A stretch of DNA of 64,000 bases from Vicugna vicugna (taxonomy: Eukaryota): contig MU057711.1 in the NCBI GenBank assembly GCA_013265495.1, forward strand, positions 1,674,001-1,738,000. Reading direction: 5' to 3'. The position numbers were made by a program, and so were the translations under genes. Below are positions 1 through 13,902 of this stretch, in pieces (the first letter of the stretch is position 1; every line of letters begins with the position of its first letter). A model generated the notes under the pieces. The model was not told the origin of the DNA, did no database searches, and was given only the letters and a program-made list of their open reading frames with translations.

Positions 1-2994
1 TTCTTTATCCTAGAAACAAATCCTTTATCAGATATAGGATTGATACTATTTTATCGTATTCTGTATCATATTCTCTGGTTTGTCTTTTCATTCTTCTAAT
101 GGTGTTTTGCAAAGAACAGAAGTTTTTAATTTAGATAAAATCCAATTTATCAATTGTTTGCTGTTAGGGATCCTGGTTTTGATGTCATTCCTAAGAAATC
201 TTTGCCCAACCCAAGGTCACACATTTTCTCCTGTTTTTTCCTTCAGAAATTTGCATGGCTTTATTTTTTACATTTAGATTCATGATCCACTTTGTGTTAA
301 ACTTTTTATATGATGAGAGGTATAAATCAGAGTTCATACTTTTGCAAATGGATATCCAAATGTTTCAACACTATTTGTTGAAAAAACTATCTTTTCTCTA
401 CCTTTGCATCTCAGTCAAAATTCAGTTTTCCACATATATGGAGAGAGCCCTGTTTCTGGGCTCTGTTTCATTCTGTTTCATTTATCTCTTTACGACAAAA
501 TACCACACCCTCTTGATTACTGTAACTTTTTTGTAAAGTCACTGTAGTCCCCAACTTTGTCTTGTGCAAAGTTGTTTTTAGAATTTTAGAGTCAGCTTGT
601 TAATTTTGATTGGAATTGCTGCAGGTAAATTTGGGAAGATTTAACATCTTAAAAATACCAAGACTGCTAATCTGCGAACAAAGTATATCTATTTGTTTAG
701 TTCTTCTTAAATTTCTTCAGCAATATTTTGTGGGTTTTGGTGTATAGCTCTTGCACACCTTTTGTCAGATTTATTCCTGTTTCATATTTTTTGATATTAC
801 TATAAATGGTATGTTTCATTTTAATTTTTAATCATTCCTTGCTAAATACAGTTAATTTTTATATATTGACCTTGTTTCCTACAGCCTTGCTAAACATCTT
901 AATTCTAGTTGTTGTTTTATAGATTCTATCAGATTTTCTATAAAGATAATCATCATCTACAAATAAAGATATTTTTACTTCTTTTTCGATATAGATGTAC
1001 TGTCTTTCTCTCCCCCACCCTCCCTTTCTTTCTTTTTCCTACCCTCTCCTCTCCTCTTCGTGCCTCACTCTTCCACCCTTTTCTTTTTTTTATTTTTCCT
1101 AGTCTTTCCCCACTATTTTACTGCTAGAGCCTCCCATACAGTATTGAATAGAAGCAGTAAGAGTGGACGTCCTTGTCTTGTTCCTTATTTTAGGAGAAAT
1201 GCACTCATTCTTTCATCATTAAACATGATGTTAGCTGTAGGTTTTTCAAGATAAAGAAGTTCCCTTCTGTTCGTAATTTGTTGAGAAATTTTAACAGGAA
1301 AAGATGTTGAATTTTATCAAATGCTTTTTCTGTGTCTCTGAAGGTGATTATAAAATTTTCCTTTTCTCATTCTTGAACATGGTCAATTGCATTGATTAAT
1401 TTTAAAATGTAAAACTACCTTGGTCATGATATATTATCCTTTTTATGTGCTATGAAATTTCATTTCCTAAAATTTTGTTTTAAATTTTTACATGAAGGAT
1501 ATTATTCTCCAGTGTTCGTATGTCTGAAACAGTCTATTTTGCCTATTTTGTGTGTGTGGTTGTGGTAAAATATATATAATTCAAGAAGGAATTGGTCTGT
1601 AGCTTTTTTTAATGTAATACCTTTATCTGGTTTTGATCTCAGGATAATGCCGCACACACAGGATGAAGTGGAAATATTTCCTCCTCTTCGATTTTCTGGA
1701 AGAGTTTATGCAGAATTGTTATTATTTCTTTTTTTATTTGAATGTTTGATAGACTTCACAAGTGAAGGTTCCTAGGCCTGCAGTTTTCTTTGTGGGGATG
1801 TTTCTGTTATAAATTTAATTATTTTAAAAGATAGGGAGCTATTCAGATTATCTGCTCTTTTGGGATGAGATCTGTTTGTGATTTTCAAGGATTTTGTTTT
1901 TTCATCTAAAATATTGAATTTATTGACATAGAATTGTTCGTAGTACTCCCTCATTAGCCTTTTAATATCTCTAAAGCCTGCAGAGATGCTAATTCTCTCA
2001 CTGCTGGTATTGCTAATTTCTGTCCTCTCTCGCTCTCTTTTTTATCAGTCTGAGTAGAGGTCTGCTGCTTTTATTGATCTTCTGAAAGCCCTAGCTTTGG
2101 GTTTCATCTATTTTCTCTACTTCTATTACACTGATTTTCACTCTGATCTTTATATTTGCTTTATTCTGCTTACTTTCAGCTTATTTTGCTCTTCTGTTTG
2201 TAGTTTTTTAAGGTAAAAGATTAGGTCATTGATTTGAGAAATTTCTTCCTTTCTAGTGTGAACATTTAGTAGTATAAATTTTCCTGAAGTACTGCTTTAG
2301 AGATATTTTACAACTTTTGATATAGTCATCATTTTCCTACAGAAAAAAAAATACTTTGTATTTTTTTATTTTTTTCCCCTTTGATTCCTTCTTAGAGCCA
2401 TAGGTTATTTAGAATTGTGTCATTTTGTTTCCAAATACTCAGGGTCTTTTCAAAGATCTTTATGTTATTTATTTCTAATTTAGTTCTATTATGATCAGAA
2501 AAATATATTGTATGACAAATCTTTTTACATTTATCATGACTTACTCTATGGCCCAGAATATGATCTATCTTGGCCAGTGTTCCATGTGGCCTTGCAAAGT
2601 AATATATAAATCTTCCATACACTTACTAATTTTCTGCATATGTATTGTATTAAAAATTGACACAGTAGTACTGAAATCTCTGACTATAATTTAGATGTGT
2701 CTATTTCCCCTTGCGATTCTATGAGTTTTTGCTTCAAGAATTTTGAATCTCAGTTAATAAGTGTATAAAAATTTATAATTGTTACATTTTCTTGATATAT
2801 TGAACTCTTTATTTATAAAGGAACCCTCTGTATAGTTGTACTATTTCTTTATCTAAAATTTCATCTTGTCTAGCTTCTTTTCATTAGTGTTAGCATGGTA
2901 TACCTTTTTGTATCCTTTTACTTTTAACCTTTTTTGTATTTAAAATTGAACCCTTAAGCTTTTGTATATCTAAAATATCTTTATTTTTGCCTTC
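1..2994 (-). mobile_element. Old LINE-1 (L1MC/L1MD/L1ME-type), ORF2 part of the outer element of a nested pair; decayed
   Basis: Minus-strand fragments translate to L1 ORF2p-like peptides: 1772-1954 MREYYEQFYVNKFNILDE and 2392-2622 HGTLAKIDHILGH...FSDHN (endonuclease motifs). T-rich plus strand, many stops and frameshifts. Confidence 0.88.
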
Positions 2995-5900
2995 TTTTTT
3001 ATTGTGGTAAAATACACATAACACAAAATTCACCATCTTAACTGTTTTCAAGTGTACATTTCAGTGATATTACGTACATTTGTAAAGTTGTGCAACTGTC
3101 ACCGTCATCCATCTCCAGAATTCTTTTCATCTTGTAAACTGAAACTCTACCCATTAAACAATAGCCTTGCGTTCCCCTTGCCCCTAGCCCCTGGCAACCA
3201 CCATTCTACTTTCTGTCTCTATGATTTTCACTACTCTAAGTACTGCATATGAGTGGAATCATACAGTATTTGTCTTTTTGTGGCTGGTTTATTCCACTTA
3301 GTGTAACGTTTTCAAGATTTTTCCATGTTGTAGTATATATCAGAATTTCATTCCTTTTAAGGCTGAATAATATTCCATTGTAGATTTACCACATTTTCTC
3401 AGTTATTTGTCCATTGATAGACCCTTGGATTACTTCCATGTTTTAGATATTGTGAATAACACTATTAAGAACATGAGTATACAAATATCTCTTTGAGACC
3501 CTGCTTTCCATTCTTCTGGTTGTATTCCCCAGAAGCAGAATTGCTGGGTCATATGGTTATCCTATTTTTAATTTTTGAGGAATCACCATATTGTTTTCCA
3601 CAGCAGTTGAAACATTTTATATTCCTACCAACAGTGCACAAAGATTGCAATTTCTCCACACTGTCTCCGATATTTGTTATTTACTGGTTTTTTTGTTGTT
3701 GTTACCTGTGCCTTTTGTGTTAGATCCAAGAAATCATTGCCAAATACAGTGATGTGAAGCTTTTGTGTTTTCTTTTAAAAATTTTATTGTTTTAAGTCTT
3801 ATGTTCAAGTCCTTCATCCATTTGGGGTTAATTTTTATATAGTGTTCGGTAGACGCCCAACTTCATTCTTTTGCCTGCATCCAGCTTTCCCAGCACCATT
3901 TGTTGAAAAGACTGTCCTTTTCCCATTTAATGGTCTTGGCATCCTTGTCAACAATCATTTGAACATATATGCAAAGACTTATTTCTGGGTTTTCTATTCT
4001 ATTCCTTCGGTCTGTAAGTGTCTTTATGCCAACACCACAATGTATTAATTCCCATAGCTTTGAAGTAAGTTTTGAAATAAAGAACTGTGAGCCCTCCAGT
4101 TGTGTTCTTCTTTTTCAGGATTGTTTGGCTATTCAGGTTCTTTCAGATTCCATATGAATTTTAGTATGGGTCTTTCTATTTCTGCAAAAAAAAAAAGTCA
4201 TTGGAATTTTGATAGGGATTGCATTAAATCTGTGATTTGCTTTGGGTTTTAATTTTAAAACCCATTTTGATAATATTGCTTTCCATGAACACAAGCTGTG
4301 TTTCCATTCATTTATTCTACTTTAATTTTTTTCAGCAATGTTTTCTAGTTTTCATTGTACAAATCTATTACCTTCTTTGTTAAATTATCTCCTAAGTATT
4401 TTATTCCTTCTGATGTTATTGTAAATGGAATTGTTTTATAATTTCTTTTGCAGATTGTTCATTGTTATGCATTAAAAAAGCAACTGATTTTTGTGTGTTG
4501 ACTTTATATTCTGCTGCTTTGCTGAGCTCATTTATTAGTTTTAAATATTTTGTGGAATCTTTAAAATCTTCTACATATAAGATCATATCATGTATGAACA
4601 GAGGTCATTTCAATTCTCCCTTTCCAATTTGGATGGCTTTTAATTCTGTTTATTGCCTGATTGCTCTGGCTAGAACTTCCAGTCTTATGTTGAATAGAAG
4701 TGGCAAAAGTGGAAATCCTTGACTTGTTCTGGATCTTAGAGGAAAAACTTTCAGGATTTCACAGTGGAGTTTGATATTCAGTATGGGTTTTCAGATCGGC
4801 TTTTATTATGTTGAGGTAATTTTCTTCTATTCCTAGGTTGCTGAATGTCTTTATCAAGGAACGATGTTGAATTTTGTTTAATGTTTTTTTCTGCATCAAT
4901 TAAGAGGATTATGTGGGGTTTTTTCCTTCATTCTGTTAATGGGGTGGATCATGTCGTCCTGTTATCATATGTCAGATCATTCTTGCATTTCCAGGAATAA
5001 ATCCTACATGGTTATGATATATAATCCTTTTGATATGCTGCTGAATTTGACTTGCTAGTGTTTTGTCAAGGATTTTTGCATCAATGTTCATAAGGAATAT
5101 TGGTCTGTAGTTTTCTTGTAGTGTCGGTCTGATTTTGGTATGAAAGTTATATTGGCCTCATAGAATGAGTTAGGAAGTATTCACCCCTCTTCAATATTTT
5201 GGAACAGTTTGAGAAATATTGTTCTTAGTTCCTCTCTAAACATTTGGTAGAACTCACCAGTGAAGCCACCAGGTCCAGGGATTTTATTTGTCAGGAGATT
5301 TTGGATTACTGATTCAATCTCCTTAACAGCTATAGTCTATCCAGATTCTCTATTTCTTTGTGATTTATTCTTAGTAGGTTTGTGGTCCTAAGAATTTGTC
5401 CATTTCATGTAGATTATCCAATTTGTTGGTGTATAATTGTTCTTTCTTGCAAGTTGTTTTTTTATAATCCTTTTCATTTCTATAAAATCAATAGTACTGT
5501 CTGTACTTCCATTTCTGATTTTAGTTGTTTTTGAGCCGTCTTTCTTTTTTCTTAGTCAATTGGAATAAAGGTTTATCAATTTTATTGATCTTCTCAAAGA
5601 ACTAACTTTTGGTTTCACTGATTTTTCTCTATTTTTTTCTATTTTTCAGTTTATTTATCTCAGCTCTAATCTTTATTATTTCCTTCCTTCTGCTGGCTTT
5701 AGTTTGTTCTTCTTATTTTAGTTCCTTAAGTTGTAAAGCTAAGTTGCTTGTTGGATTGAGATCTTTCTTGTTTTTTAATGCAGGCATTTATAGATATAAA
5801 TTACCCCTTTTAGCACTGTCTTCATTGTGTTCCATAAGTTTTAATATGTTGTGTTTTCATTTTCATTTGTCTCTAGGTATCTTTTTAATTTCACCTGTGA

Positions 5901-8900
5901 TTTCTCCTTTGATCCACTGGCTGTTTAAGTATGTTGTTTAATTTCCACAAACTTGTGAATTTTCCAGTGATACTTCTGTTTTTGATTTCTAACTTCATCC
6001 TGTTGTGGTCAGAGAATATACTTTGTATAATATCTATCTTTCAAAATCTATTGGACTTAATTTGTCATCTAACATATGGTCTATCCTGTAAAATATCCCA
6101 TGTACACTGGAGAAGAATGTATATGCTGTTGTTATTGGATAGAGTGTTCTGTGTATGTCTGTTGTATCTAGTTGGTTTATTGTGTTGTTGAAGTCCTGTG
6201 TTCCCTTATTTATCTTCAGTCTGGCTTTTCTATCCATTACTGACCAGAGTGGGGTATTGTAGTCTCCAACCATTATTGTCGAGCTTTCTATTTCTCCCCT
6301 AAATTCTATCAGTTTTGCTTCGTATATTTTGATGGTTTGTTGTTGGGTATGTAAATGTTTATAATTGTTATATCTTCCTGTGGTATTAAACCTCTTATTA
6401 ACATAATGTAGTTCTTTCTCTCTCATAATCTTTTATGTTTTTAAATCTATTTTGTCCAATATTAGTATGGCCACCCCTGGTCTCTTTTGCTTATTATTTG
6501 CAAGGAATTTTTTTTCATTTTCAATCTATTTTTATGTCTTTCGATCTAAGGTGAGTGTCTCATAGAGAGCATATAGTTGAATCCTGTGTTTTTATCCACT
6601 CTTCCAGTCTCTGCCTTTGAATTGAAAATTCTGTTTATGTGCATTTAAAGTGATTACTGACAAGGAGGGATTTACTTCTGTCATTTTGATTTTAGTTTTC
6701 TAGAAGACTTACGGTTTTGGGGGGGAAGGTGTAAGGGGATTGTTCCTCATTTCCTGCATTGCCCTTCTTGACGGTTTAGTTGATTTTTGTAGTAAAATAT
6801 TTGACTTCCTTTCTTATTTTCTTTTGTGCATATTCTATAGCTATTTTCTTTGTGTTTACCATGGGGATTACATTTAACATCTGAAAGTGTTAACACTCTA
6901 GTTTGAATTTATACCAGTTTAACTTCAATAACATATGAAAATTCTGCTCCTTTTCAACTCCAGCCCCACCCCTTTTGGTTGCTGATATCACACAATTACA
7001 TCTTTAAATGCTGTGTGCCCCAAAACATAAGCTAATAATTCTTTTAAATACATTAGTCTCTTAAGTTACATAGAAATCAAAATGTGGAGTTACAATAAGT
7101 TGTAATAATACTACCTTTGTTTTTTCAAATGTATTAGTCTCTTAAATCATGCATAAAACAGCAGGTGGTTATAAAAAATCATACTAGCTTTAATAATTTC
7201 CTATATATTTACCTTTATTGAAATCTTTATTTATCCATATAATTTCAAGTTATGGTCTAGTGTCCTTTTATTACTTCTTGCAGGATTCCCTTGTGCATTT
7301 CTTGCAAGGCAAGTCTAATGGAAACAAACTCCCTCAGTTTTTGTTCATCTGGGAATGTCTAAATTTCTCCCTCACTTTTGAAGGGCACTTTGGCCAGATA
7401 GAAGATTCTCAGTTTACAGTTTTTCTTTTAGCACTTTGATTCTATTAGCCCACTGCTTTCTCGCCTACAAAGTTTCTGGTGAGAAATCTGCTGATATTCT
7501 TACTGAGGATCCTTTGTATATGATGATTCACCTCCTTCTTGTGGCTCTTGTTTTTGAAAGCTTGAATACAGTGTGTCTTTGTGTGGGTCTCCTTAAGTTT
7601 ATCTTAATTGGAGTTTGTTGAGTTTCTTGGATGTTTATATTCATATCTCTCATTAAATTTGGGAAGTTTTCAGTCATTATTTCTTCAAATATTTTTTTCT
7701 GCTTCTCTGTATCTCCTCTTTCTGGGACTTTCACATACAATGTGTATGTTGGTCTGCTTGATGGTATTCCACAGGTCCTCTAGGTTCTGTTCACTTTTCT
7801 TCAATCTTTTTTTTTTTTAAGTTCCTTAGATTCAATAATTTCCATTGTCCTATTTTCAGGTTTGCTGATTCTGTCTTCTGCCTGCTCAAATTTGCCTTTG
7901 AATCCCTCCAGTAAAATTTTCATTTCAGTTATTGTGCTTTTCAGCTCCAGAATTTCTTTTTGTTTCCTTTTTTAGGTTTTCTGTCTCTTTGTGATGTTTC
8001 TATTTTGTTTATACATTGTTTTCTTGACTTTCTCCACATCTTCCTTTAATTCTTTGAACATCTTTATGACAGTTGTTTTATACTGCTTTTCTAGTAGATC
8101 TTCTTTCAAATCTTCTTCAAGGACAGTTTCTATTGACTTCTCTTTTTTCCACTGAACAGATCATACTTCCCTGTTTCTTTGAATGCCTTGGAATGTTTCT
8201 GTTGAAAACTGGGTGTTTAAATCTTATCATGTAGTAACTCTGGAAATCAGATTCTCTCCCTTCCTCAGAGTTTGCTGTTTTTTGCCATTATTTTGTACAT
8301 TATTTTAAAAATTATTGTTGTAGACTATCTCTGTACCAAGGATCAGCCTGGGATGAAAATTTAAGGTCTTCCCAGGTATTTCTGGAGTCTCTCCCTAGGC
8401 ATGTGTGGTCATGTTCTAATTTTCTCATGAATGTTCAAGATTTTAATGTCAGGCTCCAAAAAAAAGGGGAGAAAACTGAATGTAGGAAGGGTGTTGGCCC
8501 TTTAAATCCCCTGGAAGTCACTTCAGCTGGAGGGGGAGGTGCTTGTCACAATGGAAAAGGTGCAATAAAACTGGCTGTGCACCTCTTTGCCTGCACCTCT
8601 GTGATTAAAAGCAGCAATCAGCAATCAGCAATTAATCAGAGCACAGATTCCCATTACTTGGAGGACAGGATCCTTTTTGCCCATCCTGGTTTCCACAAAC
8701 TGCATTCAAGCTGCTCCAGGAACATGTGCATGGCTCCAGAGGCATGAGAGATAGCTGCTACCATGCTACAAGCTGAAACTGACTGAAATTAACTACAGTT
8801 TACCATCCACACCTTTTCTTGGAAGTTGAGAGCCTTCAATAGACTCCAGAGTTCCAAAATAGTTACATTAGACATATTTTGCCAGTGTAATTGTTGCCTA

Positions 8901-8960
8901 GGTGGAGAAACAGCTTTCTGATGCTTCCTACTCCACCATATTTTCAGAATCTGCCCTCTG
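2995..8960 (-). mobile_element. Near full-length (~6 kb) L1MB-type LINE-1 inserted into the older L1; decayed
   Basis: Poly-T and L1MB-like 3' end at ~2995-3700. ORF2 endonuclease relic at 6034-6426 (IMVGDYNTPL...FFSSVHGIFYRIDHML). ORF1 relic at 7528-7740 (KIFEEIMTENFPNL). L1 5' terminus-like AATATGGTGGAGTAGGA on the minus strand near 8925-8945. TSD TTTTGCCTTC at 2985-2994 and 8961-8970. Confidence 0.9.
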
Positions 8961-10300
8961 TTTTGCCTTCATTTTTGAAAAATATTTTCACTAGGCATAA
9001 AATTCTGAGTTGAGTCTTTCAATGTTTTAAAGATGTTGCTCCACTGTCTTCTAATTTGCATTATTTCTGGTGAGAAATCTGCTCTAATCCTCCATACATA
9101 GTGTGTTTTTCTTTTCCTTTGGCTCCTTTAAAATCCTTCTCTTTAAGACTGATTTTGAACAATTTGGTCATGATGTGCTTTGCTGTAGTTTTCTTAATGT
9201 TTCTTGTGCTTGGAGTTCATTGAGCTTCTTGGATCTGTGAGTTTATAGTTCTCATAAATTTGGGGGAAATTTTAGCTACGATCACTTCAACTGTGTTTAT
9301 TGTACCCACCTTCTCCTTCAGGAACTCTATGTGTATTTTAGGCCACTGAATACTATCCTACAACTCATTTATGTTATTTATTGTCTTTCTTTTTCTTTTT
9401 ATTTTTTCTCTTTGTTTCATTTTGGAGCATTTCTATTGCTCCACCTTTAAGTTCACTAACCTTTTATTCTGCAATGGGTAGCCTCCATTAATCCCACCCA
9501 GTGCACTTTTCAGTCTCAGTCATTGTAGTCTTCATTTTCAGTAGTTCAATCTGGGTCTTTTTCATGCCTTCCATGTCTCTAATTAACTTTTGAACATATG
9601 GAATCATCATCAGAGCTGTTTTAATTTCCTTACCTGCTAATTCTAACATCTGCGCCAGTTCTAGGTCAATTTGATTGAGTCACTTTTCTCTTCATCCTGG
9701 GTCATATTTTCCTGCTTCTTTATGTGGCTGGTAATTTGTGAATGGATGCCAGACATAATAAATTTTACCTTTCTGCATGCTGCATATTTGTTCCTATAAA
9801 TAATCTTGTACTTTATCCTGGATGCAGTTCGAGTACTCTTCACCCTGACCCTTTGGATGGTTCGTTTCCACATCTCAGTTACCTTCCCCACGTGCGTGTG
9901 CTGGTTGATGTTCTGCTGGATACTTGGGGAGGGGCCCCTGCAGATCACCAGTTTTCTCTCTGTGCAGCTTTCTCCTTTCAGATACTCTCTTCTGCAAGCA
10001 CCAGCCACTTTGGCCTCCAGACTCTCAGCTTTGTCTCTTCAACAGAGGGCATCTACCAATTTCCCCCAGGTTCTCTATCCTTGCACCATAGTCTGGAAAC
10101 TCTCTCAAGGCAGTAAGTTGGAGCAATCATAGGGCTCACCTCTTTTGGTTCCCATCTTCCAGGGAAAATTGCCCTTAATGTCTCAATGTCCAATATCTTG
10201 CAAACCATTGTTTCATGTATTTTGGCCAGTTTTTTGGTTGTTTCAGGCAAGAGGTAAATCTAGTCCATGTTACTCCATCTTGTCTGGAAGTAGAAGCTCC
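8961..10300 (-). mobile_element. Continuation of the outer old LINE-1: ORF1 and 5'UTR
   Basis: Resumes at the TSD with an ORF1-end-like sequence (TTTTGCCTTCATTTTTGAAAAATATTTTCACT). Ends in an L1M-type 5' terminus (minus strand CTTCTACTTCCAGACAAGATGGAGTAAC, ~10269-10298). Confidence 0.82.
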
Positions 10301-10324
10301 CGTACTAACAGCTAATGAATCTTC

Positions 10325-10575
10325 ACAAATTAGCTCAAATGTCACCTCCTTCAGGCAGCCTTCCCTGATGGCCCATAGACCAGGTTCAGCAATCCTGCTA
10401 TGGGACCCCCACAGCCATAATGTTTTTCCTCTGTCGTAGTTCTTATCAGTCTGTATTTTTATTGCTTATTTGCTCACCGCCTCAGTTAGACTGTAGGTTC
10501 CTAAACATAGGGAACTATGTTTTACTCACTAGACTTTACTTGGCACAGAATAAGCGCTTGATTAATGTTGACATT
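10325..10575 (+). mobile_element. L2 LINE 3' fragment
   Basis: AGCTCAAATGTCACCTCCTTCAGGCAGCCTTCCCTGA ... TAGACTGTAGGTTCC ... TGGCACAGAATAAGCGCTTGATTAATGTTG match L2 3'-end hallmarks. Confidence 0.75.
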
Positions 10576-12134
10576 TTTTAATGTGTTTTAGCTCTGGAAG
10601 ACTGAAACACTGTTATAAGGGGGTGTTCCTCTTGGGTCCAGTCAGATGGGGACAAAGAAGTTTCTTCTAGAAAGGTGTGGGTACACCCGTGCCCCCTGGG
10701 GCAGGATGCTAACTCATCTGTTCTTGCCATCAAGACCCCAGAAATTATAGTTGGTAGCCAGTTAAGCAGCCACTAAAGGCAATTCAGATTCAAGGGGAAC
10801 AGGCAGAACCTGGGAGGAGGCTGAACAAGGGCTGGGCTTCCCAGGGAAGCATAGAGCCTGTCTCAGAATGAAATGCCTCCACAGATGCAACCATGTGGTC
10901 CCTCCAAAACTCCCAACTCCCCCAAAACCCCTTGGTCCTGGAGAGGACCCCCAGCCCAGGCAGTTAGGAAGTAAAGCAAGTTTGCAAACCGAAGGGATTT
11001 CAAATAATATTCAAGTCTGCACTTGGTGAGTGGAAAGAAAAAACCTCACTTTTTTTCAAAGAATGAAAAGGCTTCCCCCACCCTCCCCTTCCTTTCTCTT
11101 CAATGATGGCATTTCCATAAGAGAAACTGCTTGATAGGCCTGTTCCCTTTAAATTATTTTCTGACGATCCAGGCAGTCGCACGCACAGGCCGCCTCTCCT
11201 TGGCTCACCTTTCCTTTCAATTACTTTCCTTCTTAAGCCGAACAATGGCCGCGTCAGGGCCCCTCCTTGCTGGGACTGCTGCAACTCAGCGCCTCTGCGG
11301 CCGGGCGCCCAGGCTGGGCTCCGGCTTTGTTCCCCTGGCCAGACGGCCGTTGTTTCATCTTCCCGTCTCCCCTTTCTGTGCCATTTAAACTTTAACCTGG
11401 TAGTAACTTTGCTGCCTTGATTCCCGATTCAAAGGCTGAGAGATGAAAAGCCCTCCCCTTGGATGTGGCTTGAAAACTTCATCCCCAGTCTCTCTCTGTC
11501 TTTGAACTGCCTTGGAGCCTTTTTGCCCAGGCGGTTTTATTCTCCCCGGGCCTCAAGCTTTCAGGCCTGGGGGCTCGGGAAAGGCGGCAATAGGGGCTTC
11601 TCAGTTGGGGCCTGAGAGGACCCCAAGTGCCCAGGGTAGGCAACTTGCATGTCCCCCCCTTACATCCCATCTCCCCCACCCCCTGAGGACCGGGGTCGAC
11701 TCAGGAGACCATCCCTGCCTTCACCCAGCCCTCCCCCATCGCAGCTTCCCTTCACAGGCCCCAGACCCACAGCACTTCAAGGCTTCTAGCCCCAGGTGGG
11801 TCCTCCAGAAACTTTTTCCTTTTCAATGCCAGGCAGGCCACTTGCTGTTTCAGATGTCGGGCAAGGCACAATGACAGATTTCTGCGATCACAGAAAAATT
11901 CAGGTAATCAAGACCAAACGGGACAGTGGGGAAATGAACCGGAGGGAGCGTTAGAAGTAAGCCCCAAAGCAGACCTAACTTTTCCTCCTCCAAGCAGGCT
12001 CTGCGCGGTCAGGAGGCGCCATATCACCAAAGTCTCACCTGGATTCCCCTTTGTTAGATGCTCCAATGTCTTGTCTGTCTACGAGGGTTGTGTCCCCCCC
12101 ACCCTTGTATCTGCTGATAGAACTAAAGAATATT

Positions 12135-12585
12135 CGAGTCGGTTGAGTGGTGGCCCTCAGAGAGATATGTCTACATCCCCCGACCCCTGGAATCTGTTCA
12201 TAGACCTGATTTGGGGAAAGGCTCTTTGCAGACATAATGAAGTTAAGGATCTGATGATGAGGAGAGCATCCTGGATCAGTCAGGTGCATCTAAATGCAAT
12301 GTGTAGTGTCTTTTTGAGAGACACGCAAAGGAGAGGAGGAGGCCATGTAACCATAGAGGCAGAGGGCGAAGCGATGTGGCCACAAGTCAAGGAACACTCA
12401 GAGCCACTAGAAGCCGGAAGAGGCAAGGAACGGGTTGTCCCCTAGAGCCTCTGGAGGGAGCACAGCCCTGCTGACACCTTGACTCTGGACTTCTGGCCTC
12501 CAGAACCGTGCAAGGATAAATTCCCACTGTTTTAAGTCACTGAGATTGTAGTAATTTGTAACAGCTGCCTCCGGAAACTAATACA
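12135..12585 (+). mobile_element. MLT1 (ERVL-MaLR) solo LTR, MLT1B/C/D-like
   Basis: TCTTTGCAGACATAATGAAGTTAAGGATC, CCCTGCTGACACCTTGACTCTGGACTTCTGGCCTCCAGAAC and terminal GGAAACTAATACA. Confidence 0.9.
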
Positions 12586-13738
12586 CGGATGCAAAGGTGT
12601 GGAGGGGAGTTTTCATGCGTTTTCACCATCCTCACAGGACCTGGTACTACGGAGGAGATGTACTGGGGGACACCCTCTCCTTCCTCAGAGTGTGATCATC
12701 GCTATCTGCAAGTCCACACAGCCAGCCTGTGGATAAGGGCAGGATAAGGAGATGGAGAGGGCCTGCACAAGGTGTGGCAGAAATGGGCAATGATACAAAC
12801 TAGATAGGGATCTTGAAGGGACAGCTTGAACCTAAATCATATCTCCTGATGGAAGCAAGACATAGCTGGGCTCTGGGTAGATCAGAAGTCCACCTGCAGG
12901 ATGATTTGAGGAGCCCCTTGAATTGAATTCCTTCTAAAGGGAGAGCCAGGCAGCCCAGCTTAGTCTTATAGCCAAGGTTTGAGCATGGGGTATGGAGGGG
13001 GCCAGGATGCTAGTGTCTGGCATGTAGGTTTCTCTCCTGACCCCACCCCCTAGAGTTATGTTCCAAATTCTTGGGAGAGAGAAAAGAATGGTTTTTATTG
13101 AAACTCAAAAGACATCGGGACCAGTGACAGAGAACAGCAGAGAATGGAGGAGAAGAGAATTCTTCCCACTGTAGCTCAGAGCTGGGAGAAATCCAAAATG
13201 GGGGGAGCTGTAGGCAGAGCGAGCTCAGCCCATCAGCACTGAAGGCGTGAAACTCAGAGGTGGCTGTGGGGTCAGCCCAATCAAGGTGGCCAGATCCAGC
13301 AGAGGGTCTAAGATGTGTCCAGCTGACACCATGGTGCCTAAAACGGGCAGGATCCAGTGGTGGCACAGAGAGCAAGGGACTGAAGGGCAGGGCTTCCAGA
13401 TACAGGGCTGGGTCACTCCAAACAGCCTCTTAGGCAGATGACGCCTCCAAAGCAGAAGAGACAGGCCTGATCCCTGCCACTTGGTGGCTGACAGGTTTGT
13501 TTATGCACCCACATGAGACAAGCCCAGAGGGTCCTCAAAACAGTTGAGTGACAGTTTGACGGGGTTCTGGGAGTCCTGCAATATCAGGTGAGAGCAAAAA
13601 CCAGGTAAATATAGATCACTGTTGTCAACGCCCCTTTGTGGCCCTGGGCCGTGTGATCTGGCAGACACAGGTCACATCACACATTAGCAATGTCAATTCA
13701 GGGCAGAGAAACTCCCTTTACCCACCCTGTGCAACCAC

Positions 13739-13902
13739 CCGTGGTTCTCAACCTCAGCACGTACCGTAGTAAAGGCTTGTAAAGGAGACCCATGACAGGG
13801 CCCCACCCCATCAATGACCCGGGATCTCTGGGCAGGGCTCAGGCTTGCATTGCTCAAAGCTGCCCAAGAGAGACCACAGTGCAGCCAGCGTTGAGAGCCC
13901 CT
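13739..13902 (+). mobile_element. MER5-type hAT-Charlie MITE relic
   Basis: Starts GTGGTTCTCAACCT, internal GGGCCCCACCCC, ends TTGAGAGCCCCT (degenerate TIR). Confidence 0.7.

Noticed and set aside
5609..6426. L1 ORF fragments as functional genes
   Set aside because: Frameshifted, stop-ridden relics of ORF2 and its antisense strand; the element is not active.
13030..13440. Possible terminal exon or old LTR (minus-strand AATAAA near 13094)
   Set aside because: I could not assign a repeat family or a splice structure; the evidence is too thin.
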